Positions 12,623-26,049 of a DNA stretch of 64,000 bases are shown piece by piece. The number at the start of each line of letters is the position of its first letter. Positions within the stretch are counted from its first letter, which is position 1. The notes beneath the pieces were generated by a model. The model saw only the letters and a program-made list of their open reading frames with translations, was not told where the DNA came from and did not search any database. Location: assembly GCA_022605425.2 (NCBI GenBank), contig CM061250.1:496001-560000 (forward strand). The letters run 5' to 3'. Position numbers and translations under genes: made by a program. This DNA comes from Hamiltosporidium tvaerminnensis FI-OER-3-3 (taxonomy: Eukaryota; Fungi; Microsporidia).

Positions 12623-13810
12623 TTATTCAATCATTCCGGATAGAATATATCCGTATTTAAGTGACTTATAATAATTTTTACGTTTAGGATCTGCTAATAC
12701 AAGTTTTTCAATTAGTTTATTTCTTTTTGCTTGATCCTCTGTACGTTCTAAAAGTGTAAGTAAAGCAAAATTGCAATCCTCTTCAATTTCAAGTAGTTCT
12801 TCAACGAAATCATAGAAATAATCTTGTCTTTTTAAAAAGCCACTCGCCAATACCTTTTTATTTGAATCTTTCAAAATATACTTTTTTTCTTTTTTTATTT
12901 TACTAATAACTGTAATATTTTTATAGGAAACTTTTTTATCAACTTTTATTTTTTTGTCACCGATTTTTATGTACAAAGTACCTTTGTATTTATCTTTAAA
13001 TTTAATTTCTATTTTGTCGTCAAATATTTTCATATAAACTCCATTTTTAAACATCTGGGTTTCTTCCATGACCCAGTAATATTGCCATAATCCTTCATCA
13101 TACGGACAAGTAAATATTTTAGAAATAATTTCATTATCTGTATATTTCTTATTGTAAAAATGATGAATACACGAATAATTTGAGAAATCTTTATTGTACA
13201 TTTTAAATGGTAGATCATCATTTTCTACTAAAAATCTTCTAAAATTCCAACAATGAAAATTTCTCTCATCAACTCCTAAAAATGCCGCTGTTAGTTCTAA
13301 TTCCTGTTCGTAGATTATACCATAATTTTTGATGTAAAGTCCCTTTTCATCGGTATAAAATGTATGTGCAAGAATCGGAATTATTAGATTCGTAAATTTA
13401 ACTTGTTTTCTTGGGGTTTTTTGTGTAACCAATTCGATATTTGGATGTAATTCGATATCAAAAGATGTCTCAAACGGTATTTCATCATCCGTATCAAAAT
13501 TTGAATGTTTTTTATATAAATGATATTGGATAACTTCAAATACACACCTTCTGTGGTGCCATGCCTGATAGGACTTTGGATTAAATTCGATTGCTTTTTG
13601 TGAAAGTCTTAGTTGGTCTGGCCAATCTCCAAAATTTAATTTAAGATATCCCTTCAAAATATTCCATGCGGGATAATAATCAGGAATTATTTGTACTATT
13701 TTTTTTACACTTTCTAAATCATCCATTTCAATGTCTTTCAGCTTAAAATATTCTTTAAGAAGAAATTCATCTTCTTTTAAAGAACCCTTTTCTTGGCCAT
13801 GTCTTATCAT
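12623..13810 (-). CDS. BET4: Protein prenyltransferase alpha subunit, most likely Rab geranylgeranyltransferase alpha
   Basis: PPTA repeats PDYYPAWN, PKSYQAWHHRR, ERNFHCWNFRR and FSNYS; N-terminal HG motif; C-terminal DPKRKNYY. Confidence 0.85.
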   Translation of the reverse strand: MIRHGQEKGSLKEDEFLLKEYFKLKDIEMDDLESVKKIVQIIPDYYPAWNILKGYLKLNFGDWPDQLRLSQKAIEFNPKSYQAWHHRRCVFEVIQYHLYKKHSNFDTDDEIPFETSFDIELHPNIELVTQKTPRKQVKFTNLIIPILAHTFYTDEKGLYIKNYGIIYEQELELTAAFLGVDERNFHCWNFRRFLVENDDLPFKMYNKDFSNYSCIHHFYNKKYTDNEIISKIFTCPYDEGLWQYYWVMEETQMFKNGVYMKIFDDKIEIKFKDKYKGTLYIKIGDKKIKVDKKVSYKNITVISKIKKEKKYILKDSNKKVLASGFLKRQDYFYDFVEELLEIEEDCNFALLTLLERTEDQAKRNKLIEKLVLADPKRKNYYKSLKYGYILSGMIE

Positions 13811-14507
13811 TAGGAAGGATTATTTTTTATGGATTTAAAATTTGAATAAATTAAACCAAGTTATATGTTCAGAATTATAATTAAAATCTACAAATTTATG
13901 AAAAAAGTAAAATAAAAAGATATCAAATTTTTTTATTAGTTCACCAAATTATAAAATTCGAAAATGTAAGTTCAATTTAAGTTTAAATTGCTTGTAAATT
14001 TATTTCTAAAAATAATAAAATATTAGAAGTTTTGATTTGGGACAAACTGTATATTCCTATAAAAAATAAAATGTGTATTTACTTAAAAGGGATTAAAAGT
14101 TGTTAATATTTTGAATAAAAATTAAAAATTTTTGGATGCATAAAAACAATGCTATATTATATTATCAATTTTTCTATGCAAATATTTTATAAAAATATGA
14201 AAATTCCACTTACAAAAATTTATTTTAAGTGATTTAAAAATAAAATATTACTGCTTTTCAACTACTTTATTTGTTTATATTAAATATATAAATGTTTAAA
14301 ACTTAGAATAGTTTTAGAAAAGTAGTTTAAAATTCATTCCTGGTTTATACTTTTGTATTCTATTTATTGTTTTAATAAAATTTTTATTTTTCATGGATTC
14401 TTTGAACAAAAATTCTATATCAAAAAAATTGTTAAATGCTATTGTTTCATCAAAAAAAATTTATGAAAAAATAAATGTAAAAAAATATTTGTACAATCTT
14501 ACTCTTA

Positions 14508-15893
14508 CTAACCCAATACAATAATTTTATCTTCATATCTACAATATATTAAAGAGCATTCTTCATAAAAAGAACAATTTCGATATTCTCCTTTAAACTT
14601 TTTTATCGGAGTGATAATAAATGTTTTTTCCATTTTTATTTCAAATATAACCATTTCATTTTCAAAACAGACACAAAATAAATTTAAGAATGAATTTACT
14701 GCCAAGTCGTAAATCGAAGAATCAAACTTAATTGTTTTATTATTTTTTACATTTTCTATTTCAAAAACATGAATTTCGAAATTATTATTGGCACAAAATA
14801 TGTATTTTGAATTCAAAATTTTTATAAAAATAGCGTGTGGAAAACTAGAAACAAGAGTACCTGTATTTTTCTTATTACTAACATCTACTATCTTAATATC
14901 AATGGTAGAAGAAATAATTAATAGATAATCTTTTATCATATTTATAGAAACAAGTCTGTGACCTTTCACGGTTAAAATTCTTTCAATCGCATAATTTTGC
15001 ATATCAAAACCAAATAAATTTTTTTTTCCAATCAAAAATATTTTATTTTGATTTTCATCAAAATAGAAATCCAAAATTGATTCATTTATATTTATTTTTA
15101 AAATATTTTCATTTTCTATGTTTTGAAATTTAATATTGCTCATATTATTAATTAATATTATTTCATTCGTTAGTAAAATACAAATAATTCCATTTCTTAA
15201 AATTAAGATTTTTCTTATTTTAGTTTCAAATCTTTTTGTAAAAATCAAACTAAGATTTCTTAAATAATAAATATACATTGTAAATTCTTTTACAACACAA
15301 GAGAATGAAAACGTGTTATCGAAATAACAGGAATCTAATTCATGATCAAAATTGTATATTTTTAATATTTCTGAAGTAAAATCAGCATTTACTTTTTCTT
15401 TTTTTGGTATTAATTGACTTATCGGAATTATTTTTTTAAAAGGAACAAAATATTTTCTATGTAAAGTCTCTAAAATAACTTCTAAATTTTCTTTGTCCAA
15501 TTTTAAGTCATCAACGTTATCATATTGTTCTTTATTAAATACATTTAAATTTATATCATCTATACTTACTTGATATGAATCCTCCTCCCAAATATCTTTT
15601 ATTTCCTCTTCTTCTTCATACCTCTCTCTCAAATAATATTCCATCTTCTTAAATCTACACAATTTATTTTTACTATTTTTTGTTTCTAAAAAAATACCAT
15701 TTTCTAATTTTTCACCACTAAATTTTGTAGAAAGTGGCTCGTACATATTTAAAGATGAAATACAATAATTGTTACGCACTAATCGTACTTTCTTAACTTC
15801 CTCTTTTGTTATTTCATATTTCTTTCCTTTATACGTTACCCTTCTTTTGTTTTTCTGTACTCTTTTGTTTAAAAAATTTTCTATTCGATCCAT
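14508..15893 (-). CDS. ERB1: Probable ribosome biogenesis protein Erb1/BOP1 (divergent BOP1NT plus beta-propeller)
   Basis: ITKEEVKKVRLV, MYEP and DIWE resemble BOP1NT motifs. The C-half looks like degenerate WD40 strands. Confidence 0.6.
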   Translation of the reverse strand: MDRIENFLNKRVQKNKRRVTYKGKKYEITKEEVKKVRLVRNNYCISSLNMYEPLSTKFSGEKLENGIFLETKNSKNKLCRFKKMEYYLRERYEEEEEIKDIWEEDSYQVSIDDINLNVFNKEQYDNVDDLKLDKENLEVILETLHRKYFVPFKKIIPISQLIPKKEKVNADFTSEILKIYNFDHELDSCYFDNTFSFSCVVKEFTMYIYYLRNLSLIFTKRFETKIRKILILRNGIICILLTNEIILINNMSNIKFQNIENENILKININESILDFYFDENQNKIFLIGKKNLFGFDMQNYAIERILTVKGHRLVSINMIKDYLLIISSTIDIKIVDVSNKKNTGTLVSSFPHAIFIKILNSKYIFCANNNFEIHVFEIENVKNNKTIKFDSSIYDLAVNSFLNLFCVCFENEMVIFEIKMEKTFIITPIKKFKGEYRNCSFYEECSLIYCRYEDKIIVLG

Positions 15894-17164
15894 AACGGTT
15901 CATTATATCGTTACTATATATTTTCATCTTTAATATATTTATTTTAAATATCAGTAATGAAAGAATTGAAACCCAAAAAATATTTAAAAATACGTTAATA
16001 ATCTATAAATTAATTTTGGTGTAATCATAAGCTTTCTAATTGAGTATAAATATAAATTTTATTTGGTTTTTCGTATTTTTTATTTATTACATCAAAAAAA
16101 TATAATTTATCAGAAACCTATGTTGACTTTGAATAAACCAGTTTATATTGTATAAAAGTTTTTATAGATTTGCTAAATCGGGAAAACACAAACTATGAAT
16201 AACTTCTACTAAACAATATTGTTTTTTATGTTTCTAAAAAAAATTATTGTGAAGATTTAATGGTTCGTAAAACTTCACAGTTTCTTTATAAAATATAGAA
16301 AGCATATTAATTGTCAACAGAAGCGAGCTGATATAATATATTCTTGTATCATAATTTAAACTATAGATACTGTTTTACATGTGTAAAACCTAAGCGGCTT
16401 AAATTAATCATTATAAATTTATGTTTGCAATTTTTTAATTTTTTTTTAACTTTTATATGTGTTCGTTACAATCTCATTTAAAGAAATATATTTAACAGTC
16501 AATTAATTTTTGTTCATGGCTAAGGAAAGGTAAACATTTTTTCTAGTTTGAAGTCGAAAAAATACAATATGTAATAAAATCCCACATATTTTTTTGCATA
16601 TTTGCCTCAAAATATGTTTAAAGCCTGTTTTATAGTTCATTAGTTAAAAACGATTAGTACAAGTGAATCTAATTGTTTTATCGCATAAATATGTTTCTCT
16701 GCAAATTATAAATCAAAAAATGGGTGATCTATTATTTGAACTTGGTTTCCGAGTTGAAAATCCAAAGACCTTACCTGGTTCTTTAAATAGAGTGGAGGAG
16801 AATTTCTGGAGATGATATTTGGAGTTTCTAACTATTATATAAAACGATATAAATAGGTAATTCTATATACATAATTGCGATTCGCATGATAATAGTATTT
16901 GGATTTGATTTGGATATACATGCACGGTCATACTTTTAAATAAAACACCGTTAGTTTGTTTCTTTCTCTACTGAAAAAACATAAACCACGAGTGAATTGA
17001 AGATTTACCAGGTCTACTTTCAAATATATATTCTAAAAATTTAATACTTTTTTTTATAAGATTTTAAAGATAATATTTACAATATGATATATCATTTTAC
17101 AGTAAAAATAATGTTTAAAGAATATTCATCTACTTAATCATAAATGAAACATTTTATAATCCAT

Positions 17165-17807
17165 AAAAATTCGGAATAACAGACCCGACATATTTATTTT
17201 AGATAAGAAGAAGAATAAGATAACACTCATTGAAGTAAGAATCACTTCCCAAGATTCATTTCAAATAGTTAAAACTGAAAAACTTAGGAAGTATGACCTG
17301 CTAACCAATGAGTTGGGTCTTATTTATAAGTGTAGTGTTGAGATAATCCCTTATGTGATGACCTGGTACGGTATTGTGACAAAATACCATAAATCTCATA
17401 TTAAAAGACTAGAAATACCCATGAAAGTAGAGGCATAGATTCAGTCTATAGTACTTAAGAAGACGGTCGAAACAATTTCCTTTGATCGACGAAGAGGACT
17501 TGAGTCAGGACATAATGCCGAAGAGAGCTGGGAGAGAGCGTCAATGGGTGTTATTATGAGATCAGAGATGCATGAGGAACCAACACCCTCTTTAAAAGAA
17601 GCGAAGAGAGAGGAAGATGGTGCAAAAAATTTAAAACTAAAAAATAATACACCCCTTATTTCACAAGGAGGAATCACTTTAGAGGAACCGACCATAAACA
17701 TAAATGAAGAGTAGGATTTGGAAGAAGAGACAGCATTGGTTAAGGAGGTAGAAGAAAACATAAAAAAATGGTAAAAATATTTTAACCCAGAATTTTATTA
17801 AATAAAA
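17165..17807 (+). mobile_element. 5'-truncated, decayed R4-like non-LTR retrotransposon (RLE endonuclease C-terminus and 3' end)
   Basis: Encodes IRNNRPDIFILD...KLRKYDLL with internal stops. Ends AACCCAGAATTTTATTAAATAAAA and aligns with 46406-47050. Confidence 0.92.
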
Positions 17808-18203
17808 TGGAATATAAAACATAAATAGATGGCAAAACGAAAAAAAAACTTCGTTATAATGAACACAAATGTGTTAATATTCGAGTTCACAAATAGACTT
17901 TTTAATCATAGAATTATTCAATTATTTAAAATATAAAAATAAATTTATTAGTACTTTATTAAAATTAGAAAAATTGATATTGGCTGTATAAAATAACTGA
18001 TGAAGTAAAAATCCCAAAGCTTTGTAATTCGTTAGTAAACATATGTTTTGAACTAATCAAATATATTACATTGATGGATTTTTCTTTCTTAATTGGTACG
18101 GAAGCTCTTTTAAGATATATTTATAACATCAATTTTGTTTTATCAATTATATAAAATTTAATTTATTGGTAGATATTTTTTTAAACATTATTTCAGCTAA
18201 AAT

Positions 18204-18930
18204 TTTATTTAAAAGTATCACATCTTTTTAAAATAATGGCAAGTGTTATATTTGTTTTCATGACATTAACGCAGTTCTAGGTTTAACATAAATGACTGCT
18301 ACCCCAACACTCCATCGGTAACCCCTGCGATACCTACATTCCAAAGGCTTTTATCTACCAGGTGTGTAAAACCTTATTAATAGATGAGTCGGCTGTCCGG
18401 AATTCGTTAATGTTCGTTGCATGGAGTGTGATCGAAGGCCGAAACCTCCCCTGGGCTCCCCCAAGACTATGCAGCATTTCCACTTACTCTACACCTTCTG
18501 AACCCAATAAACTTCTAGCTAAGATATATTTCAGAGATTTACATGGGCTCCGCCTAGACAGTGCAATGTCATACCAACAGGTATAACCTGCTACTTAGCT
18601 ATCCCGGCTTTTAATGGTTTTTATTTTTATATCTCCCAGGCGCTAAGCCTTTTAATTCGAGTGAGCAAGGCTATGTTTCTATGCTTTTACATGGCAATTA
18701 CCTACAAGTTTAGCTGCGGTCTGCAATCTGGTTACGTAAAAAACTACAAATAACTTTGTAGAAAAAGTTTCTCCCTTTCTTAGACCTCTCCTTCTCATAA
18801 CAACTCTCATAGAAAAACCGAAGATGTAGTGTGGTTGTATTCTCACTAAAAATTCAAACAATGATCTCACACCAGTTTCACACACTCATTGCCAAGCAGA
18901 AAGTTTTTTACGTGGTTATCCTCCCTCCAC
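18204..18930 (-). repeat. ~730-bp dispersed repeat, copy 1; unclassified, probably a non-coding retroposon
   Basis: Colinear and highly similar to 35448-36176 with shared boundaries, and GC-richer than the flanks. The - strand ends TTTTAAATAAA. Confidence 0.85.
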
Positions 18931-18996
18931 ATTTTTTTAGACATTAATAATAGGCCTAAAAAAATTATTTTTCGTGTGTATTTTTTACTAAATTTA

Positions 18997-20451
18997 TGGG
19001 AATTGATCAATATAATAATCCTTGCAATCAATATAATAATTTTTCGATACATATACTAATCTTTGCAATCAATATAATAAATTTTCGATCAATATAATAA
19101 TCCTTGCAATCAATGTAATAATTATTTTTAAAAAATAAAATTATGAATAGTACTTATGATTTATTATTCAATCATCACCTGTCCTACTCGAGCCTTCTGC
19201 AAATGCCCTAAAATTTTTTGATAGAACGCACTACAATGTTCTACCGTGATCTCATTAAATTTCTCCAAATTAATACTCACAACCGAGGCTCAGATCGGGT
19301 ACTACCTTGAATTACTTTATTTTTTCAGACTGAGAATACATTCTCAATTGGATTAAGAAATTGCGAATAAGGAGAAAGATATTTTATTCGATACGAGGCA
19401 ATTTCCTCATCATCATTCAATCTACGATAGTGAAAATTCTTGCATTGTTCATTACAAATATAGGAGTCAAAATTCCCTGCCGTTGACAACTTTCATTAAT
19501 CTCCTTAATGTATAATTTGAAGTCCTCATCATTCATGGCCCTCTCATGAATATTATGGTATATCATATCATATTTGTTCATTTCTGCGACTGCTAAAATG
19601 TTTCTACTTCGGCCGCAGTTACAGATAAGTATGCAGATTCACCTTTCCCATTACGACCTCTGCTGGGGCGTTTTACTACCTCAAACCCAACTTCATCTAA
19701 AAAGACTCAGTTTTTGTCATCGTTATCAACCTCCAACTCACAAAAACAATTTGCATAATTGGTTCTTAGCTCAATTGTCGAAAGTGTATTTCTAGGCTCA
19801 GGCCCTAATGTTACACGCTTTGGAGTGTAACGGAACTCCCTTAGTGCGCGATCAATTGTACTAGTTGACACATCAACATTAAATGTATTTTAACCCATTC
19901 TGCCAACTCATACAGGGTTTTTTTACACTCCAAATCTCCATAGGTTTGTAAGCTCTCTTTTATTTCCAAAGTTAACTTTGAGCGCCTATCACCACCTCTT
20001 TTCTCGACAAATACCAAGCCGATTTTTAAATATCGTCTAACGATACTATTAATCCTCTGGAAATTTATTCGATACACCGAGGCAATTTCGGACATAGAAT
20101 AGCCTTCTAATGTCTTTTCAATTATGCGTTTCCGATCATTAATAGAAACTTTTTGTTTCCTCAGAGTTGGAATGGTGGTGACTGGGAGATTTTCATCATG
20201 TGATCCTGATATTTCCACAAGACATTTCAAAACATTGTCATTTTCGCACTCTATACATTCTGGTGTTTCACCTACATGAAAATCATATTTGTTCTCGTTA
20301 GTATTTTTACCTGAAAAAGAATTTAAGATGGTAGTTAATTTTATAATGAATAAATTATTTTTTAAATTTTAATTTTTTAAAAATAATTATTATATTGATT
20401 GCAAGGATTATGATATTGATTGCAAGGATTATTATATTGATCGAAAACCCC
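18997..20451 (-). mobile_element. IS630/Tc1-mariner-like DNA transposon with a disrupted transposase and TIRs built of ~20-bp subrepeats
   Basis: HTH ORF 19841-20230 (KRGGDRRSKLT). Downstream remnants FLDEVGF, VMNNARI and SPYSQFLNPIENVFS form the DDE motifs. Inverted ends carry GATCAATATAATAATCCTTGCAATCAATAT, with TA at both flanks. Confidence 0.88.
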
Positions 20452-21286
20452 TATAAATGTGTTCTCAATAAAATTTGAATATTGGATGAAATTAAATAGA
20501 ACAAAATGAATTTTTTTCTTTTAACGAATACCAGAATTTATGCATGAATAGTATCGCACCAAATTAAAAGTATTTTATGCCCAGTTGTTCATTTAAAAAA
20601 GTTTTTTAGTTTGCTATAAAATTTTAACGAAGTGTTTAATTTCAAAATAAGCGATATCTATAAAGAACAAAATACAAATACAATAAAACACGAAACTTCA
20701 ATGGTTTTAAGTTAATCTTATATTTATAAATTTTGTTTGTATTTTTTTGTAAGCAATCAAATCGAATCAAATTTTTACCGATGTAGTAGTTATTAATTTA
20801 TATTCCAAATCAACCTTTATATATCGAATCCAATTAAATCTACAAAAAAGGCATCGTATTCGAATATTCGTTTTGTTATTAATTTGATTTTTTGAGCTAT
20901 GATATTATTTAACGCGTGCTATAGTCTAAAAATATATAAATCTCTATACCTTGCTTTTTACTATGGATATGATTGACTAATTTTTGTAAATCGAAGACCA
21001 TTGTATTGTACATATTATAAAGGTTATCCTTGAATTTTCAAAATTTATAAGTGTAAGTTTCAAAATTTTAATTATGGCAAAAGAAAACCAAAACTTATAA
21101 AAGAAAAATACTGACTTTATATTAAGATAAAAAAATTAAACCAGTTTTTACATTTTCTACAGTATAAATATAAATACTTTATAATAGATTTTTATTCAAT
21201 AAAGATAGTTAAGGATAATGCAACTTAAACCAATACTGATAGTATAAGATTTTTTTACCGCATTCTAGATATTTCTTATGAAAGTT

Positions 21287-23869
21287 CTAAATATTCTTTA
21301 ATATAGTGTCTTTGAAAAACGATGGGCTGCAATTACAATTTAATGTCGCAAGATTATGCTCAATCGTACACCTTATCAATTTAACACTTCGCAGAGAAGG
21401 TAGGGATAAAATTAAATTTTTAATATCGATATTCAAATCAGTTGTAACTAGAACGAGTTTTTCTAAATTCATGCATCTTAAAACTCTGTATTCTGTTAAA
21501 TAATCCGCGAAAACCTTATTATCTAAAGTAACCGAAAGATATACGAGGTTTATGAAAAATCCTATTTTAAAAATATCAGATGCGCAAAATATATTTCCCG
21601 ATAGCTTTAATTTCGCAACAGAAGCTATGAGAGATGGAACACATAAATAACTCATAAACTCGGGTTTTAGGCTACAATCAGATAGATTAAGGGTTTCAAG
21701 TCGATCAAAGTGTTTTAAGGAATCGAGAGTTTCTTTTTTAAGTTCATTTTTAGATAAGTTTAAAACAACCAAAATACTGATAAACTTACATTTAAAAAAT
21801 GATAAATCGAGAAATTCCTGTTTTAAACAAAATAAATATAGATGTTCAAGAAATTTAAATTCACATATGTAATCAATTAAATCTTCTGATATGAAACAAC
21901 CAGATAGGCTTAGTTTTTTTGTACTTTCGTACAGTGATTTCTGTTCCAAAATTTTTTTTAAATGACCTGTGCGATTTAAATTTTCTAAAAATAGAACTTC
22001 GGCTTTAATATTCATCGAAAAAAATGTCAAAAAGAAATCATGTAATTTCCCTCGGGATAGATCAAGATATTGAAAAGATCTTTGCCAATTATCGCACTCG
22101 TTAAAATGTCTTAATCTTAAAGAGTCAACACCTCTCATGGTTAGAACTTTCAAATTATTGCTAAGCATAAGAAAATTTAAAATCTTGTAATTTAGATATG
22201 TATAACTGATTCCAAGTTCGATTAAAGAATTCATTCTTTCTGATTTTAAATGATTTAAATTTCCTATGTACCTAGAACACGAAATATCTAGAACTTCAAT
22301 ATTAGTTAAAGGCAGCCTGTTAAAAAACCCATATTGTAATTCAAATCCAACTATTCGCAAAATTTTTAATTTTGGGAAGTAACGAGCCAATTTACGAAAA
22401 TGAAAAGTGCTGCGGGTCATTGTGCACTTCACTATGCTTAATGATTCGATGTTTATCAGACTAATTAAGAAAAGAACATCCAAATCTGACAAGACTACTT
22501 TTTCAAATTCTATAGACTTTATTTCACTTCTCTTCATTAATTCTATGGTGGTAAAAACAGAAATAAAGGCCGTGTTCATTTCATAAATCTTAGAATTGTG
22601 TAATATAGATTCACATTTCAAATCTATATTTTTGCATTCTGAAAAATACATATCATTACTAGATATTCTGATGCCCTCTATTTTAAATGAACATATAATG
22701 CAATTTAAGAATACCCATTTATCTTTGGAATTTTCATCGTAAATTATATCCAGAGCTCGAGGTGTAGTTCTAATTATGATTTCAAAGATATTATGTTTTT
22801 CATATGTGATTTTCTTTATATCCTGCTCCCTCTCAATTAATGTTAATTCCTTATTATTCGTGTTGAAATTTATCTCAATAGAATCATATAATACATAAAT
22901 GAAAGGTAAAAAATATTTGGTATTAGATTTAAAGTCAACGCCCGTCAGATTAGATATATTAATGCAAGATCTGTCTGCCAAGTAAGAAAATATAAACGGA
23001 AGTAGGTTTTCATAGAATATAAATAATGCGTTGGAATCGGAGTAGCAGTCAAGATCATAAAGAAGCCGAATTAAACTCAGAAATTGCTCTTTTTTTAAAT
23101 CATAAAATATAGAACACCAACCATATTGTAAAGTATTCATACATTCTTCGAAAATCTCACTATCTATATGGCTTTTTGTTATATCATTTATATTAAGTTT
23201 TAGTTCTTCATTTTCACTCATAGATAATTCATCGAGATACTTAGATCGAATCATAAAAGTATCCAAATAATCGAATATAACAAGTTTTTTTCGTTGGTTT
23301 ATTAATATTGTGCCTCTATCTTCTGTATTCATCATACCATTATCTTCATTGGTGATATTTTGCAAGGAAGAACTTTCTCTATATTTTTCATTTATATTGC
23401 ATTCTGGATAGTGAATATCTTTTATGTGTGCATTTTCTGTGGTATAATCTGACTTATAGCAAGGTTGCGCATTTTCCAAATCTAATTTTTGTTTTTTTAT
23501 ACATTCACAGCTTTCTTCTTGTTGCATAACGCTTTGATTAGTGTTTAAGGTTTGTGAGTATGAACAGTGATTGCTTTTAGTAGCTATTGATTCGGAAAAA
23601 TACATCATTTTGATACTATAGGGATCAAAGAAGGAAAAGCAACAGTCGGGTCTTAAAGATGAATTGCTTGAAGAATTCGACGTTTCAAAATCAACAATAA
23701 CTCGAATACAAGTATTTATTCCAAGAAAGGGGAAAATTAGAAAGAAATAGATAGAAGTAGGGACGTTTATTTCATATTTCACTCGAGATTTAAACGAGCT
23801 ATAGATTTCTTTTGGTTTTTTTTTGCTTAAAGCATTATTAAGAACGTGATATCTCTTTCTATAATACAT
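21287..23869 (-). CDS. Leucine-rich-repeat protein (microsporidian expanded, putatively secreted family)
   Basis: Repeated LxxLxLS motifs (LKILRIV, IEVLDIS, FQYLDLS, LETLNLSDC, VAKLKLSGN). Hydrophobic stretch near the N-terminus and a CCC motif 7-9 nt before the ATG. Confidence 0.88.
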   Translation of the reverse strand: MYYRKRYHVLNNALSKKKPKEIYSSFKSRVKYEINVPTSIYFFLIFPFLGINTCIRVIVDFETSNSSSNSSLRPDCCFSFFDPYSIKMMYFSESIATKSNHCSYSQTLNTNQSVMQQEESCECIKKQKLDLENAQPCYKSDYTTENAHIKDIHYPECNINEKYRESSSLQNITNEDNGMMNTEDRGTILINQRKKLVIFDYLDTFMIRSKYLDELSMSENEELKLNINDITKSHIDSEIFEECMNTLQYGWCSIFYDLKKEQFLSLIRLLYDLDCYSDSNALFIFYENLLPFIFSYLADRSCINISNLTGVDFKSNTKYFLPFIYVLYDSIEINFNTNNKELTLIEREQDIKKITYEKHNIFEIIIRTTPRALDIIYDENSKDKWVFLNCIICSFKIEGIRISSNDMYFSECKNIDLKCESILHNSKIYEMNTAFISVFTTIELMKRSEIKSIEFEKVVLSDLDVLFLISLINIESLSIVKCTMTRSTFHFRKLARYFPKLKILRIVGFELQYGFFNRLPLTNIEVLDISCSRYIGNLNHLKSERMNSLIELGISYTYLNYKILNFLMLSNNLKVLTMRGVDSLRLRHFNECDNWQRSFQYLDLSRGKLHDFFLTFFSMNIKAEVLFLENLNRTGHLKKILEQKSLYESTKKLSLSGCFISEDLIDYICEFKFLEHLYLFCLKQEFLDLSFFKCKFISILVVLNLSKNELKKETLDSLKHFDRLETLNLSDCSLKPEFMSYLCVPSLIASVAKLKLSGNIFCASDIFKIGFFINLVYLSVTLDNKVFADYLTEYRVLRCMNLEKLVLVTTDLNIDIKNLILSLPSLRSVKLIRCTIEHNLATLNCNCSPSFFKDTILKNI

Positions 23870-26049
23870 TTATATGGGAACTAATTGGTTTTTTTTAAAT
23901 GTTAAATCGCTAAAATATAAAAATTATAAATCAACTTAGTATGGTTACTTTAAATTTTTCCTTTTTTTAATAATCAGAGAGATGTCACACTAAATATCTT
24001 GATTATTGAATAGAACGACACTCATTTCTAAATGTTTTTCCGAACTTAGCAAAAGCAGATTTAAAATAATGAGATTTTATAAATTTACTTTTAAATCTAG
24101 GTATCTACATAATAATATTGCTTCATTCAAAATTTGTATTTGCTCATCTTGTTTTAAATCTCATCCCAAATAGTGAAAACTTTGTATATCGGTGAGTTTC
24201 TAAACCGTTATGTCGTCGATTAAATATTTCAAATAATTCGGAAAAGAACCAAGACATAATTTTCAAATAACTTTATAGGATGTTTTATGGCTTTGGCATC
24301 ATTTACACATGAAGAATGATCAAAAATATAATTAAAAAAAATCACGGTAAAGGGAATAAGATCGATAATGAACGTCTCTAAATATTGACTCATCGGGGCG
24401 CCAAAACATTGACTGTGGTTGACACAATACCGAAATTTTATATAATAAATTAAGAATCAAGTTGGCTAAAAAAATAATCTGAAGTACTATGTGCGAAGAT
24501 TAAACTAAGAAGAACTTGAATATACACAAACAGATTAAATTTAACATGCTTTCAATTATCGGATTTGTGGCAGTTTTTTAAGTTTTGTATCCTGCTTTTA
24601 TTTCGATTCAAAGTATAAAAATTACATTAGATTTTATTCCATGCAAATTTTACATAGAATTATAGCAAACCTCTAAAAAATCCTGAACTTATGACAACAT
24701 GTATTTTAGTTTCCATATTTTCCTGCAATAAAAAAGTGCAGATAAATTGTTTGTTGTAGTTTAATCAAAATCTTGGTTTGAAGGAAATCATTATCGGATC
24801 ATGATTTCAAATAAACAGTCAAAATATATGTAAAGAAAATTTTTATATAAAATTAAACAAATATTTCCAGACATAGAATTATATTTTGTGAATAAAAGGT
24901 TTAATTGATTTATATCTATAAAGATAATAATAGTAATCATAGATAAAGGCTATCCCCTTGTGACGGCTATTTTCAATTTATTATTAAAGGCTCGTAAATA
25001 AACGAGAAACCGATTTACTTTTCTGATTCGATATGCTTGGCATTTTTTTACTCTTACTTAATGTGTTTAAAAAAATAAGCATGGATGAGACATAAAATTC
25101 CTTTTGTCGAACTAAGAAATATTTTGATAAAAACTTCTGTTGGCACATTAACTTGTTCTTGAATGCAAAATTTGAGTATAATTTGAAGTTACCAGGCTGA
25201 CCTATCATAGATAGAATACACCTTGAATTAGTAAAATACATTATAATTATGCCTATAACCTTTTCGAATATTTAGATTTATAATTGTTTAACTTTAAAGA
25301 TCAAGTGTCCATAAAAATTTAAATGTTTTTTTCATATTACCAAAAAGCTCTTCGTTTAAAAAATCTGTTAATAAAATTACTTATTCTTACGAATTAAAAA
25401 AAATTATATAACCTTTTCATGCAAATAAAAATAATGAGCATAAGAAATTGTAGGGTGCAAAGACAAAGAATAAACATATTAAGACAGCAAACAAGGTATG
25501 TATATGTTCCGTTATCATAGGATGCAAAAATACCGCTAAAACTTATCATAAAGTTAACTATATCACATGCAGTCATTTAAGACAAACCTAATAACACCAA
25601 GCCTAACTAAAAAAATATACCCTATTAGGTTTGCTTAACATCAGACCACTGCCATCTATATATAGACAAACAAGCCCAGAAACCCCTGAGTCATCAATAG
25701 AACTTTTGGCTAGTACTATGCACTCTATATATTCCCGAAAACCTCTTATTACTCCAATCAAAACCTAGATCTATAAAGTTCGAATATCTGGCATTAATTG
25801 TATGCGCTTTTTTTTGTAGTATAAAACATGTTTGGTTAAATGCCTAAATATGGAATGAAATAGGTACTATAATAGGATCTGTTCTTGTGCCAAAACTATC
25901 GATGTAATAAAAAGGTTGATTCAAAATTAGTTATAAGCGAAAAATACCCCGGAAGAAAATAAATATCGAAGTCAAATCATTATACGGTTTCAGCAATTCA
26001 TATTTCCTTAGCTAAAACACTCGAAAAATAAACGAATTAGAAAAAAATC

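Noticed and set aside
18455-18540. AGACTA and AAGATATATTTC resemble group I intron R and S elements
   Set aside because: P7 pairing fails in both copies and no P or Q elements are present in the right order.
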